DNA of 64,000 nt from Ignavibacteriota bacterium (GCA_963776275.1 CAVZMI010000021.1:64001-128000), one strand, 5' to 3'. Counted from the first letter of the stretch, positions 11,501 to 20,079 are shown. Numbers and translations are program-made. Notes: generated by a model not told the origin, from the sequence alone.

Positions 11501-11740
11501 TTAAATTAATTTTTCAATATACAATCGCTTTTTATGTTTCTTGATTTCTTTCTCTCGTTTCATTGCATCACTGCGATTCACGAAGTCTTCAGTGTACATT
11601 AACTTCTACGGTTGATCCGACTTTGTCGATTGAACCTGTCCGTTATTATGTCTCTGAAGTCTCCTTTCCAAATCGTTCGTTTGCCCTACATAATAATTTC
11701 CATTTTTTATACTTCGTAATATGTAGACAAAAAAAGACAT
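11501..11740 (-). pseudogene. small GIY-YIG nuclease (UPF0213/Slx1-like) with an in-frame TAG at codon 45
   Basis: Hand translation: MSFFVYILRSIKNGNYYVGQTNDLERRLQRHNNGQVQSTKSDQP*KLMYTEDFVNRSDAMKREKEIKKHKKRLYIEKLI. It has VY..YYVG, R, HN, STK and REKEIK motifs. The TAG (11606-11608) falls at the family's conserved PW tryptophan. Confidence 0.9.
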
Positions 11741-11742
11741 GT

Positions 11743-11840
11743 TCAATTGCGCTACCGGGTCCCGACCTGACGAAGTTAGGGCGCGGATTCTCGTCCCGTT
11801 CCGTTGTAGACGGAACGGGGCGGAACTGCGCTACGTTCCG
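11743..11840 (-). repeat. tRNA-Pro 5'-half copy with a 66-bp palindromic insertion in the D-loop
   Basis: Minus strand CGGAACG TA GCGC AG[66 nt, 11760-11825]CCCGGTA GCGC A ATTGA. Identical to the tRNA 5' half except ATTGA for CTTGA. Confidence 0.9.
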
Positions 11841-11852
11841 CTGAATATATCA

Positions 11853-12263
11853 TTACTGGAGTTTGACAAGCAATGACTCGAGGAATTCTTTCATCTCGAT
11901 GAGATCAGAATGAAGCTGTTCGTCTTTAACCGGACGTTTCTGTGGAGTGGAAAGGAGTTCAAGTTGTTCACCTTCATTTTCGTCATGATATGAAAGGAGA
12001 ACCTGTTTCGCTCCCTCGATCGTATATCGCTCTTCACGAAGCAGTTTCTTGATATACAGTATTAGTTTGATATCCCGATTCGTGTAGATGCGATTGCCGG
12101 CCCGATTTTTTGCCGGCTTCAACTGCTCGAACTCTGATTCCCAATACCGAAGGACATATTGTTCGAGATCGGTCAACTTGCTGACCTCACTGATCGAATA
12201 ATACAGCTTCTTAATCCCGAGCTGTTTCATAACGTTATCATCCGAATAATGATAATGGCTCAT
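11853..12263 (-). CDS. MerR-family transcriptional regulator (type typically upstream of tRNA-Pro GGG)
   Basis: KLYYSISEVSKL...YVLRYWESEF..LKPAKNRAGNRIY...YTIEGAK. Confidence 0.9.
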   Translation of the reverse strand: MSHYHYSDDNVMKQLGIKKLYYSISEVSKLTDLEQYVLRYWESEFEQLKPAKNRAGNRIYTNRDIKLILYIKKLLREERYTIEGAKQVLLSYHDENEGEQLELLSTPQKRPVKDEQLHSDLIEMKEFLESLLVKLQ

Positions 12264-12319
12264 AAAATATACATAAATCGATTTTGAGTTGCAAATAATG
12301 CAGGAAGCTATTAAAAAAG

Positions 12320-12348
12320 AACGCCGATTCCGGCAAAGAATCGGCGTT
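12320..12348 (-). terminator. rho-independent terminator
   Basis: 11-bp stem AACGCCGATTC/GAATCGGCGTT followed by CTTTTTT on the minus strand. Confidence 0.75.
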
Positions 12349-12382
12349 GCCCGATCGTACTGATTTCTAATTAATAAGGTAA

Positions 12383-13009
12383 TTACGGAGTTCCATAAGC
12401 GGTCCCGAACGTTACATCAAAGCTTCCGGCTGATACTTGGACTGGTGTACCCGAGGCAGAACCTGATATCCCCATACCGGTCCCGCTAAAGTTCCCTTTC
12501 ATGCCTGTGGACGAATATGAGGTAATATTTGCGGTGCCGCTCTCAAGCATATAATAATTCCCGTTTGTACTGGTTTGACTGCTAGCCCCTTTAATAAAGA
12601 TGAGCATGGCTGTATTATCAGTTCCAGAAGCAAAACTATAAGTGCCTGTACCCACTTTGTTACTAGAAGGGGTGCGTTCTAATTCAAGAATCGCATAATC
12701 CCAGTCATTACTGGATCTCCACAGAAATGCATAAACCCATGCAACATTTGAACTCGCATCATACCAACTCATTACACCACTGCCGGTTTGACCGGTGCTA
12801 GTCGGATTAAACGAACCGCTTATGTTCCAGGAGTTACCAGCCGTACTCGAATTCGTATTAAAGGACAATGACCCTGAACCATATGATCCTGTGTTTGGAT
12901 TATTCGGACCCGTGGTATCACTACCACTATCACTCTTTTTACATGATGCCATAAGCATGACGAGTGCAATACTTATGATCATCACAAGCACAAATTTGAA
13001 TTGTTTCAT
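12383..13009 (-). CDS. hypothetical Ser/Gly/Thr-rich lipoprotein
   Basis: Signal peptide with lipobox LMASC followed by KKSDS; GGAGG SD. Confidence 0.75.
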   Translation of the reverse strand: MKQFKFVLVMIISIALVMLMASCKKSDSGSDTTGPNNPNTGSYGSGSLSFNTNSSTAGNSWNISGSFNPTSTGQTGSGVMSWYDASSNVAWVYAFLWRSSNDWDYAILELERTPSSNKVGTGTYSFASGTDNTAMLIFIKGASSQTSTNGNYYMLESGTANITSYSSTGMKGNFSGTGMGISGSASGTPVQVSAGSFDVTFGTAYGTP

Positions 13010-13080
13010 GGGAACCTCCCTCTAAAAGCATTTAATGAAAAATATTGGGAATTATGTATAGAACACTTCAGAAATTCCTA

Positions 13081-13446
13081 TTATTCGATCACCGCAACGG
13101 CGACAACTATCGTTTCTGCATGAGAAAGCGATAGATGAATACGTCGATCGTGCAGATTGTCGCCAAGATGACCGAGAAATCGCACCTCGGGTTTTCCGGC
13201 TGCGTCGTTTATAACCTCGACATCCTGCCACCTAAAAATTCCGGTCCATCCTGTTGCGAGGGCTTTTGAAACCGCTTCTTTCGCCGCAAAACGGGCAGCA
13301 AGGTGCTGATAGGGATTTTTGCGTGCCAGGCAGTAACGAAGTTCATTTTCTGTAAATATCTTTTGCAAAAATCGATTTCCCCACCGTTCCATCGTCTGCC
13401 GGACACGGCCAATCTCAATCACGTCGATACCGATTCCCTGAACCAT
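13081..13446 (-). CDS. acpS: holo-[ACP] synthase
   Basis: GIGIDVIEI, LAARFAAKEA, GKP, LSLSH. Confidence 0.96.
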   Translation of the reverse strand: MVQGIGIDVIEIGRVRQTMERWGNRFLQKIFTENELRYCLARKNPYQHLAARFAAKEAVSKALATGWTGIFRWQDVEVINDAAGKPEVRFLGHLGDNLHDRRIHLSLSHAETIVVAVAVIE

Positions 13447-13458
13447 TTGCTATTCTCG

Positions 13459-14139
13459 TCATCCATTCTCACGACGCACAATATCAATAAGCTGGGAAAC
13501 ATCGTCGATATCGTATGTCGCTCGTGAATCGTGTGTCTTGAACGTATCACCGTACCGGGCAAACGCAGTTTTCATTCCGATTTTTGCCGCTCCGACTACA
13601 TCGCGTTCTGGCCAATCGCCTACCATTAATGCTTCTGCCGGCTGGACATCAAGAAGCTCCAGTGCTTTCCGGAACGGCGCCTCATTGGGCTTGCGCTCTC
13701 CCGTATCGTCATAGGTAATGACACGATCAAAGATATGGTGAAAATTTAAATAACACAATCGAAGCCATGCTTCCCGCGCCGGCGCATCTGTAACGACAGC
13801 CAGTTTTAATCCCATTTTTAGAAGTTCCATCAATGTCAAATAGACATGCGGATATGGAACGAGTGCCGCCTCACGTGCCCTTCGATAAGCGATAATGCCG
13901 GCAGAGAGAATTTTGTAATCAACTTTTTTGAAAATATCGTAAAGCAATTCATCGAAAACATTTTGAAATTCGATCCCACGCTCCTTATATATCGCTTCGA
14001 TGCGCTGCTTCGCCTCATCAAAGGAAAGAAGAAGCCCCGCGTCGATCATCGAATGTATGGCAGCATCAATAGCCTGCCGTTTCATCGCCATGAAATCGAC
14101 GAGGGTATTGTCGAGATCGAAAATAATGGCTTTGATCAT
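13459..14139 (-). CDS. HAD-superfamily hydrolase (subfamily IA)
   Basis: FDLDNTL, KP, MVGDWPERDVVGA motifs. Confidence 0.9.
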   Translation of the reverse strand: MIKAIIFDLDNTLVDFMAMKRQAIDAAIHSMIDAGLLLSFDEAKQRIEAIYKERGIEFQNVFDELLYDIFKKVDYKILSAGIIAYRRAREAALVPYPHVYLTLMELLKMGLKLAVVTDAPAREAWLRLCYLNFHHIFDRVITYDDTGERKPNEAPFRKALELLDVQPAEALMVGDWPERDVVGAAKIGMKTAFARYGDTFKTHDSRATYDIDDVSQLIDIVRRENG

Positions 14140-14573
14140 TTCGGACGCTGAACAATACGACGAAGAGCCTCGACGGCAAGTGAGTAACTTCGCGGTCCAA
14201 AACCGGCGATCTGCCCTGCACAGACACCCGCCGTCACCGAATGACTTCGGAACTCCTCCCGCGCATGAATATTCGAAAGATGGACTTCAATCACCGGTGT
14301 ATCGAGTGCGGCAATCGCGTCCCGGATTGCATATGAGGTGTGTGTATATGCACCGGGATTGAGGATCACTCCATCATACACCTTCCCGATTGTTCCCTGC
14401 AATGTATCGATGATCGCCCCTTCACTGTTATTCTGGAAAAAAGTAAACACAACCTCGGGAAATTCTTTTTTGAGATCGGCATTCACCTGGTCGAGTGATA
14501 GTGTCCCATAGATTGCAGGCTCCCGTTTTCCCAGCATATTCAGATTAGGGCCATTGATGACAAGAATTTTCAT
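14136..14573 (-). CDS. aroQ: type II 3-dehydroquinate dehydratase
   Basis: INGPNLNMLGKREPAIYG, NPGAYTHTS, EVHLSNIHAREEFR. Confidence 0.97.
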   Translation of the reverse strand: MKILVINGPNLNMLGKREPAIYGTLSLDQVNADLKKEFPEVVFTFFQNNSEGAIIDTLQGTIGKVYDGVILNPGAYTHTSYAIRDAIAALDTPVIEVHLSNIHAREEFRSHSVTAGVCAGQIAGFGPRSYSLAVEALRRIVQRPK

Positions 14574-14845
14574 GCAGCAGCTCCTCTCCGGACTTTAGCA
14601 ACTTCGTCTTCGATGAAATCCCGTAATGCCGGCCTTATATATACATTCTCAAGACCGATTTCATGAATACTCAGCGCAATGACAGCAGCTTTTCGTTGAG
14701 GCGAAAGCTTTTTATTCACGACAATAAGACGTTCTTCATGAAGAACACAGTATCCACCGTCAAAATCCCCCTTTTCATACCTAATACGAATAGAAAGACC
14801 AGATGCAAGCTCATGAAGTTCCTGAATGATCGATTCGTATTCCAT
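14570..14845 (-). CDS. conserved hypothetical protein
   Basis: Translationally coupled to aroQ; IRYEKGDFDGGYC...IVVNK motif loosely resembles the ImmA/IrrE N-terminus but lacks an intact HExxH. Confidence 0.7.
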   Translation of the reverse strand: MEYESIIQELHELASGLSIRIRYEKGDFDGGYCVLHEERLIVVNKKLSPQRKAAVIALSIHEIGLENVYIRPALRDFIEDEVAKVRRGAAA

Positions 14846-14848
14846 AGG

Positions 14849-15370
14849 TTATGATTCCGGTAAAGATTTCCTCAGCGGCTGCCAAATCGCAAGGATGACG
14901 ATGGTGTAGTATGTCAGCGTAGCGATCACCGGCACACCGCGTAAGGCGGCTATTCTTTTTATATATAACTCTCGCAATTGTGGAATATCAGCAGATCTGA
15001 AAAACTCTGCATGGATGAAATTCCAATCAAGCTTCATCGTATAAAATTCTGCTGGTGAAAAAAGAAAGAAAAGGATTGTGCACATCATCAGCCAACCCTG
15101 CTCTTTCAGCTTCAGTCGTGTTGTTCTAAGATAGAGAATCGCACTTAGAAAAACAATACAGTAGCTTAGATTCACGACAATCGATGTCATGGCAAGCAGA
15201 GCATAGATTTCCCGCTCCGCATGCGGCTCTATGTAGGGCAGGAATTCAAAGGTTCCTGTATACACAAGTGCATCTCCTATCAGTGCCCGGATATTGATGC
15301 TCCCCAGCCATAGAATCCCGGTGATGATGACAAACGTAAGCGAGAGTTTTGCAGATAGTCGTTCTTTCAT
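14849..15370 (-). CDS. hypothetical membrane protein (~4 TM)
   Basis: Hydrophobic segments; ATGA overlap with the upstream gene. Confidence 0.75.
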   Translation of the reverse strand: MKERLSAKLSLTFVIITGILWLGSINIRALIGDALVYTGTFEFLPYIEPHAEREIYALLAMTSIVVNLSYCIVFLSAILYLRTTRLKLKEQGWLMMCTILFFLFSPAEFYTMKLDWNFIHAEFFRSADIPQLRELYIKRIAALRGVPVIATLTYYTIVILAIWQPLRKSLPES

Positions 15371-15819
15371 ACCGGTCTATCCGATTTATGGTCGATCGAC
15401 CAATTCTTTATCCAGCTTATATCATGTAACAATTCAATCTGGGCCTGGAGAGATGCCCGAGTATTGACGAAAAATTTCTCTTCAAACTGTTTGCGGACTT
15501 CATCCGGCGAGGGCCCCAGAAGCACTTTGAGCGATGAAATTACTTTCACAACATTCTCGTTAAATTCAGACATCAGGCGCTCGTAACCTTCGACTCCGGG
15601 TCCAATACGTTTCATCACTGAAAAGATGTTCCAACAAAACTTGGCTCCAAAAGCAAGTTCAGCAAGCTGCGTCCTCTGATCGTGACGTCTGGAAAGCTCG
15701 AGCACGATACCCACTTCGTTTCTGTGAATGAGTGAATTGTTCGATAGCCCGTCAAGCCGTTTAAGAAATACTTCCGTCTCCGGCGAAAATACCACGACAT
15801 CCATCCCTGTCATTCTCAC
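15367..15819 (-). CDS. hypothetical protein
   Basis: 4-nt overlaps on both sides within the operon; helical composition. Confidence 0.65.
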   Translation of the reverse strand: MRMTGMDVVVFSPETEVFLKRLDGLSNNSLIHRNEVGIVLELSRRHDQRTQLAELAFGAKFCWNIFSVMKRIGPGVEGYERLMSEFNENVVKVISSLKVLLGPSPDEVRKQFEEKFFVNTRASLQAQIELLHDISWIKNWSIDHKSDRPV

Positions 15820-16505
15820 AACTCAAATCGTATCCCGACCGATACGATAAAGGTCGATGGAAGCGATGCGGTTGACATCCCGTTGATCGGTTCGAAATAC
15901 GGTCCGAAAAGAAAATAATGGTTCAGCATCAAGTACGGTTTGACAACGTCCAGTACAAGGATGGTCACACCATAGGAAATATCAAAACCGACAAACGATG
16001 CCCGTGTTCCTTTGATTACAGTCGTTGCTCCACTCTGCCGAAGATCGCCAGTTGAAAAGACAGCACCATAAAAACCGACACTGATAAAAGGTGATATCCA
16101 ATCGGCCTGCGGAATGATTAACCGATGAACCGGTTTGATTTCAATCGCTGTAATGACCGAATTGGCTCCGTCAAATCCATTACGAGAAAAATAATCATCA
16201 CCATAACGATTTTCTTGCGCGATGCGAATAAAATTGCAGGTGGAGTAATTCACAGCCGCTTCGATCTCAAGATGATATTCATAATTTCCAATAGCCGTCT
16301 GATAAATATCGTATCCTATTCCACCGGCAACCAGCAGTGTCGCCCCCCCCCATTGTACTTCCTCGTTTTGCAGTAATCCACGGACTCGAATTGAGCTTAT
16401 TCCGACCCGCGCGGTACCGTACGGTTGAGCGAAGAGAATGGAAGGAAGAATTAAAAGAAGAGCTATCAGGCTGTTGAAATGTTTTTGTGGGCGATTATTA
16501 TTCAC
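15816..16505 (-). CDS. putative outer-membrane beta-barrel protein
   Basis: Signal peptide, alternating beta-strands (SPFISVG, GFDISYGV), terminal SVGIRFEL. Confidence 0.65.
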   Translation of the reverse strand: MNNNRPQKHFNSLIALLLILPSILFAQPYGTARVGISSIRVRGLLQNEEVQWGGATLLVAGGIGYDIYQTAIGNYEYHLEIEAAVNYSTCNFIRIAQENRYGDDYFSRNGFDGANSVITAIEIKPVHRLIIPQADWISPFISVGFYGAVFSTGDLRQSGATTVIKGTRASFVGFDISYGVTILVLDVVKPYLMLNHYFLFGPYFEPINGMSTASLPSTFIVSVGIRFEL

Positions 16506-16661
16506 TGGCTAACTTTCCGAGTTGATCGTACCGTATCAAAAAATATAATAGTTTTCTCACCGATAATCAACCGTTGATTCTCGACCCCTAATTCTGTACC
16601 TTCAATAAGGAGACCGTTATTATCCATCCACCATCTATTCAGGTGAATTGAAGGTACTGGC

Positions 16662-18107
16662 ATGACAACCGCACATCATCTGACGTTTTCACCCCCCGTC
16701 CCGACTACAATTCTTATCGTCGATGATGATCGGGCATTCCGTTCCGTTCTCAGCACCATTCTTACCGATGCAGGTTACACCGTCGTTCTAGCGGCAAGCG
16801 GCAGGGAAGCTCAGGATCACCTCGGCGCTCGGCATTTTGATCTGGTGCTCACCGATCTTGTTATGGATGATATCAGCGGTATCCATCTCCTTCAATACAT
16901 CAAGGCGAATTATCCCGATACGATTGTCTTTATGGTAACAGGATTCGCATCAATTAATACTGCTGTTGAAGCAATGCGACTTGGAGCCTATGACTACCTG
17001 ACAAAACCCTCGAACAACGACGAGCTTATGATAAAAATCCTGCGTGCTGTCGAAGACCGCTGGAAGACACAACAGCTTGCACAGCTCCGGAGCGAAGTCG
17101 AATTGATTTACAGTCTTGATAACATCATCAGCCGCAGTGAAAAAATGAAGGACGTTTTTAAACAAATTCGCCGTGTTGCCGATACAGATGCAACGGTGTT
17201 AATCCAGGGTGAGACGGGTACGGGAAAGGAACTCGTCGCAAAAGCCATCCACTATCATAGTGCACGGAAAGACAAGCCGTTGAACATAGTCGATTGTTCC
17301 GCCGTCCCTGAGACATTAATGGAAAGCGAGTTATTCGGACATGAGAAGGGATCATTCACTGGAGCGCTGAAACAACGAATCGGAAAATTTGAAGAAGCTC
17401 ATGGCGGAACGGTGTTTCTGGACGAGATCAGCGATATTCCTGTGAACCTCCAGGTAAAATTACTCCGTACTCTTCAAGAAAAAACTATTCAGCGTGTCGG
17501 AAGTAACGATACCATCGTAGTAGATGTTCGAATAATTGCGGCAACAAACCGACCTATCGACGTGCTGGTTGCCGAAAATTCATTTCGTGAAGACCTATAC
17601 TACCGGTTGAATGTCTTTCCCATTTTTCTACCGCCCCTCCGGGAAAGAATCGATGACGTTCCGCTTCTTGCAGACCATTTCCTAAAAAAGTATGCTCAAC
17701 TCTCTTCGCGTCCTATTTATACAATCGCTCCGTCGGCGATGGCACAATTGGTTTCCAACTCGTGGCGGGGGAATGTCCGTGAATTAGAAAATATCATAAA
17801 GCGGGCAATTATCCAATGTGAAGGGGAAACAATCACATCCTTCGATATTCCTACACTCGCTCCACCAGCAGGTACTTTGGTTGATCAATCATCAAGAGAG
17901 CCTGCGGAGATGCTGACGATTCAAACACCTTACAAAGAATATCTCCGTTCAATAATTATGAACGCTGAGGCAAAATACCTCGTCCAAATGCTGTCTCTCT
18001 GGAAAGGGAACATCAACAAGGTTGCTCACCTCATGGGTCTCGATCGTAAAACTATCTACAAAAAAATGGTGGATAATAATATCGATGTAAATAAATTCCG
18101 CTCATAA
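16662..18107 (+). CDS. sigma54-dependent response regulator (NtrC family)
   Basis: [42 protein letters not shown]-terminal HTH. Confidence 0.94.
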   Translation: MTTAHHLTFSPPVPTTILIVDDDRAFRSVLSTILTDAGYTVVLAASGREAQDHLGARHFDLVLTDLVMDDISGIHLLQYIKANYPDTIVFMVTGFASINTAVEAMRLGAYDYLTKPSNNDELMIKILRAVEDRWKTQQLAQLRSEVELIYSLDNIISRSEKMKDVFKQIRRVADTDATVLIQGETGTGKELVAKAIHYHSARKDKPLNIVDCSAVPETLMESELFGHEKGSFTGALKQRIGKFEEAHGGTVFLDEISDIPVNLQVKLLRTLQEKTIQRVGSNDTIVVDVRIIAATNRPIDVLVAENSFREDLYYRLNVFPIFLPPLRERIDDVPLLADHFLKKYAQLSSRPIYTIAPSAMAQLVSNSWRGNVRELENIIKRAIIQCEGETITSFDIPTLAPPAGTLVDQSSREPAEMLTIQTPYKEYLRSIIMNAEAKYLVQMLSLWKGNINKVAHLMGLDRKTIYKKMVDNNIDVNKFRS

Positions 18108-18169
18108 ATTTTACAGACCCGTTTTCCAACAACCGATCACCCCTTTTTTAAAAATTCAAGGGATTCAAG

Positions 18170-18231
18170 TGTTGACTCTTTTCCACATTATACTGGAAAA
18201 AAATTTCTATCTCTGTTGACTTTATTCCACA
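18170..18231 (+). promoter_or_regulatory. pair of TGT-N12-ACA boxes (putative bEBP enhancer sites)
   Basis: TGTTGACTCTTTTCCACA (18170-18187) and TGTTGACTTTATTCCACA (18214-18231): 16/18 identical, 44-bp period. Confidence 0.6.
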
Positions 18232-18292
18232 GTCATCTATATTTTATTTCTCAAAATATAGAAAAAACCGGCTTTCCTCCCTTTTTCCAAAA

Positions 18293-18307
18293 TGGCATAT
18301 AACTTGT
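18293..18307 (+). promoter_or_regulatory. putative sigma54 (-24/-12) promoter
   Basis: TGGCAT-ATAAC-TTGT versus consensus TGGCAC-N5-TTGC; correct spacing, GT variant at -12. Confidence 0.55.
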
Positions 18308-18365
18308 GGTAAATATGATGTTTGATTAATCCATTCCCTACTTTCATAATTGAGGGGGCAAGACC

Positions 18366-18950
18366 ATGGTATCTGCAGACGAACAAAAGCGACTCGATTT
18401 CGATCGTGAAGCACTGCCTCATCTGGATGACATGTATCGATTTGCTTTGTATATGAGCGGCAACATCGACACGGCACAAGATCTTGTTCAAGAAACATAT
18501 CTGAAGGCATTCCGATTTTTCTCGACATTCGAGCGTGGGACAAACTGCAAGGCATGGCTCTTTCAGATTCTAAAGAATTCTTTTATTAACCGTTTCAGAC
18601 GTAGCCAGATTCAACCGGATTCAATGCATCTTGAAGCAATCACCGACTTCTATCCGATCTTTCAGGATGCAGATGAAGCGTTGGTGCATGATCTTGACTA
18701 TCAGCTTGAAAGCCACATGATGAACGATGATATTACCAAGGCTATTGCATCGCTCCCTGACGACTATAGAACCGTTGTCATTCTTTGCGATATAGAAGGA
18801 ATGAAATATGATGAGATTGCGGAATTTGTTTCCTGTCCCATTGGAACGGTTCGGTCGCGAATACACCGTGCACGAAAAATTCTTCATAACAAACTCCTCG
18901 GCTATGCACGCAGACACGGCTATGCACCGATTCCGCAGTTTTCGGATTGA
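18366..18950 (+). CDS. ECF RNA polymerase sigma factor (SigH/SigR-like)
   Basis: AQDLVQETYLKA, GTNCKAWLFQILKN, YDEIAEFVSCPIGTVRSRIHRAR. Confidence 0.95.
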   Translation: MVSADEQKRLDFDREALPHLDDMYRFALYMSGNIDTAQDLVQETYLKAFRFFSTFERGTNCKAWLFQILKNSFINRFRRSQIQPDSMHLEAITDFYPIFQDADEALVHDLDYQLESHMMNDDITKAIASLPDDYRTVVILCDIEGMKYDEIAEFVSCPIGTVRSRIHRARKILHNKLLGYARRHGYAPIPQFSD

Positions 18951-19256
18951 AACCGCCGGCTGCTATTCACTATAGATATACGTGCATTCAAGTCCCTCCA
19001 AAAAGAAATAGCAGAAGTTCTTTCCAAGCATCAGAGTATTGCGCCTGTCCCTTTCCTTATATTTTTTCTTGCTTTTCAGTTCACTCTTTCATACATTTTT
19101 TAAACATTGAAAAATTTTACAACATTCAAAACCTTAAAGATATTCGTTCCCCTCATTACCAGATGGCATGAAATACAGCACGGGGTTTTTCCTATCACAT
19201 CGCATACACCCCAAGATGCATTATGTATAATCCACGAATAGAAGGAGCTCATAGCA

Positions 19257-19670
19257 ATGCTACAACCAGACACTCATGATACAGGTTCTCGCTACCCCTG
19301 GTATCACACTCTTCTCGGGTATCATAAATTCTCTGGAAGCTGGGCGTGGATTATCCATCGACTTACAGGCATAGGACTGATTACATACATCATCATACAC
19401 ATTTATACCCTTAGCAGTCTCCAAAAAGGAAAAGAGGCATTTGACACAGAAATGAGGCTCTTCACCAGCCCGTTCTTCCTATTCCTGGAGTGGGCTCTTG
19501 GAGCTTTCGTATTATATCATGCCCTAAATGGTATTCGAATCGTCCTAATTGATCTTGGCAGCAGGTCGAAATACCACAAGGCATTGTACTATGCCACATG
19601 GACCGTCGGTATCATTTTGCTGGTCATTATGGCGATTCTTATTTTTGATCCTCACATAGTCCGCCAATAA
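19257..19670 (+). CDS. sdhC: succinate dehydrogenase cytochrome b subunit
   Basis: HRLTGIG, YHALNGIRI, 3 TM; first gene of the operon. Confidence 0.93.
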   Translation: MLQPDTHDTGSRYPWYHTLLGYHKFSGSWAWIIHRLTGIGLITYIIIHIYTLSSLQKGKEAFDTEMRLFTSPFFLFLEWALGAFVLYHALNGIRIVLIDLGSRSKYHKALYYATWTVGIILLVIMAILIFDPHIVRQ

Positions 19671-19698
19671 ACCACAAAAACACAAGGGAAATTTATGC

Positions 19699-20052
19699 AT
19701 GGCCTATAAAAATCTTGGATCACGGACTTCAGGAGCTTCATCATGGCTCTGGCAGCGGATTACCGGCCTCGTCCTCGTTGTGGTAATGGTCGGACATTAC
19801 TTTCTAATGCATTATACTCCCGATTCCGGACATACCTATGAAGCAGTGCTTTACCGCTTGCAAAATCCTTTCTGGAAAGTTTTTGATCTTACTTTTGTTG
19901 TATTTGGATTATATCACGGTCTTCAGGGAGTCTGGAATATTATTCGCGATTTCACAATGAGCAATACAGGACGCATCGTGGCAATGATCCTGCTTTTAAT
20001 TATCGGCGTCGGGTTCGGCGTGCTGGGATTTACCACAATCCTGAAATTCTAA
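19699..20052 (+). CDS. sdhD: succinate dehydrogenase membrane anchor subunit
   Basis: WLWQRITG, YHGLQGVWNIIRD. Confidence 0.92.
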   Translation: MAYKNLGSRTSGASSWLWQRITGLVLVVVMVGHYFLMHYTPDSGHTYEAVLYRLQNPFWKVFDLTFVVFGLYHGLQGVWNIIRDFTMSNTGRIVAMILLLIIGVGFGVLGFTTILKF

Positions 20053-20079
20053 TCGGTAACCGCCAGAAGGAATAAATTA

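Noticed and set aside
11398-11742. Group I intron with a homing endonuclease in the anticodon loop
   Set aside because: The interval is fully occupied by the 240-nt ORF, the 74-nt tRNA and a 28-nt spacer, leaving no room for a ribozyme core. The outer halves also have disrupted D- and T-loops.
11184-11840. CRISPR array
   Set aside because: The repeats are tRNA fragments with irregular spacing, and there are no cas genes in the window.
11563-11844. Track ORF on the + strand (93 aa)
   Set aside because: It is antisense to the GIY-YIG gene and the tRNA half-copy and has no recognisable motif.
18947-19171. Possible anti-sigma gene overlapping the ECF stop
   Set aside because: It has no HxxxCxxC zinc motif or convincing TM/anti-sigma pattern, starts with TTG, and lies in AT-rich sequence that looks like the sdh promoter region.
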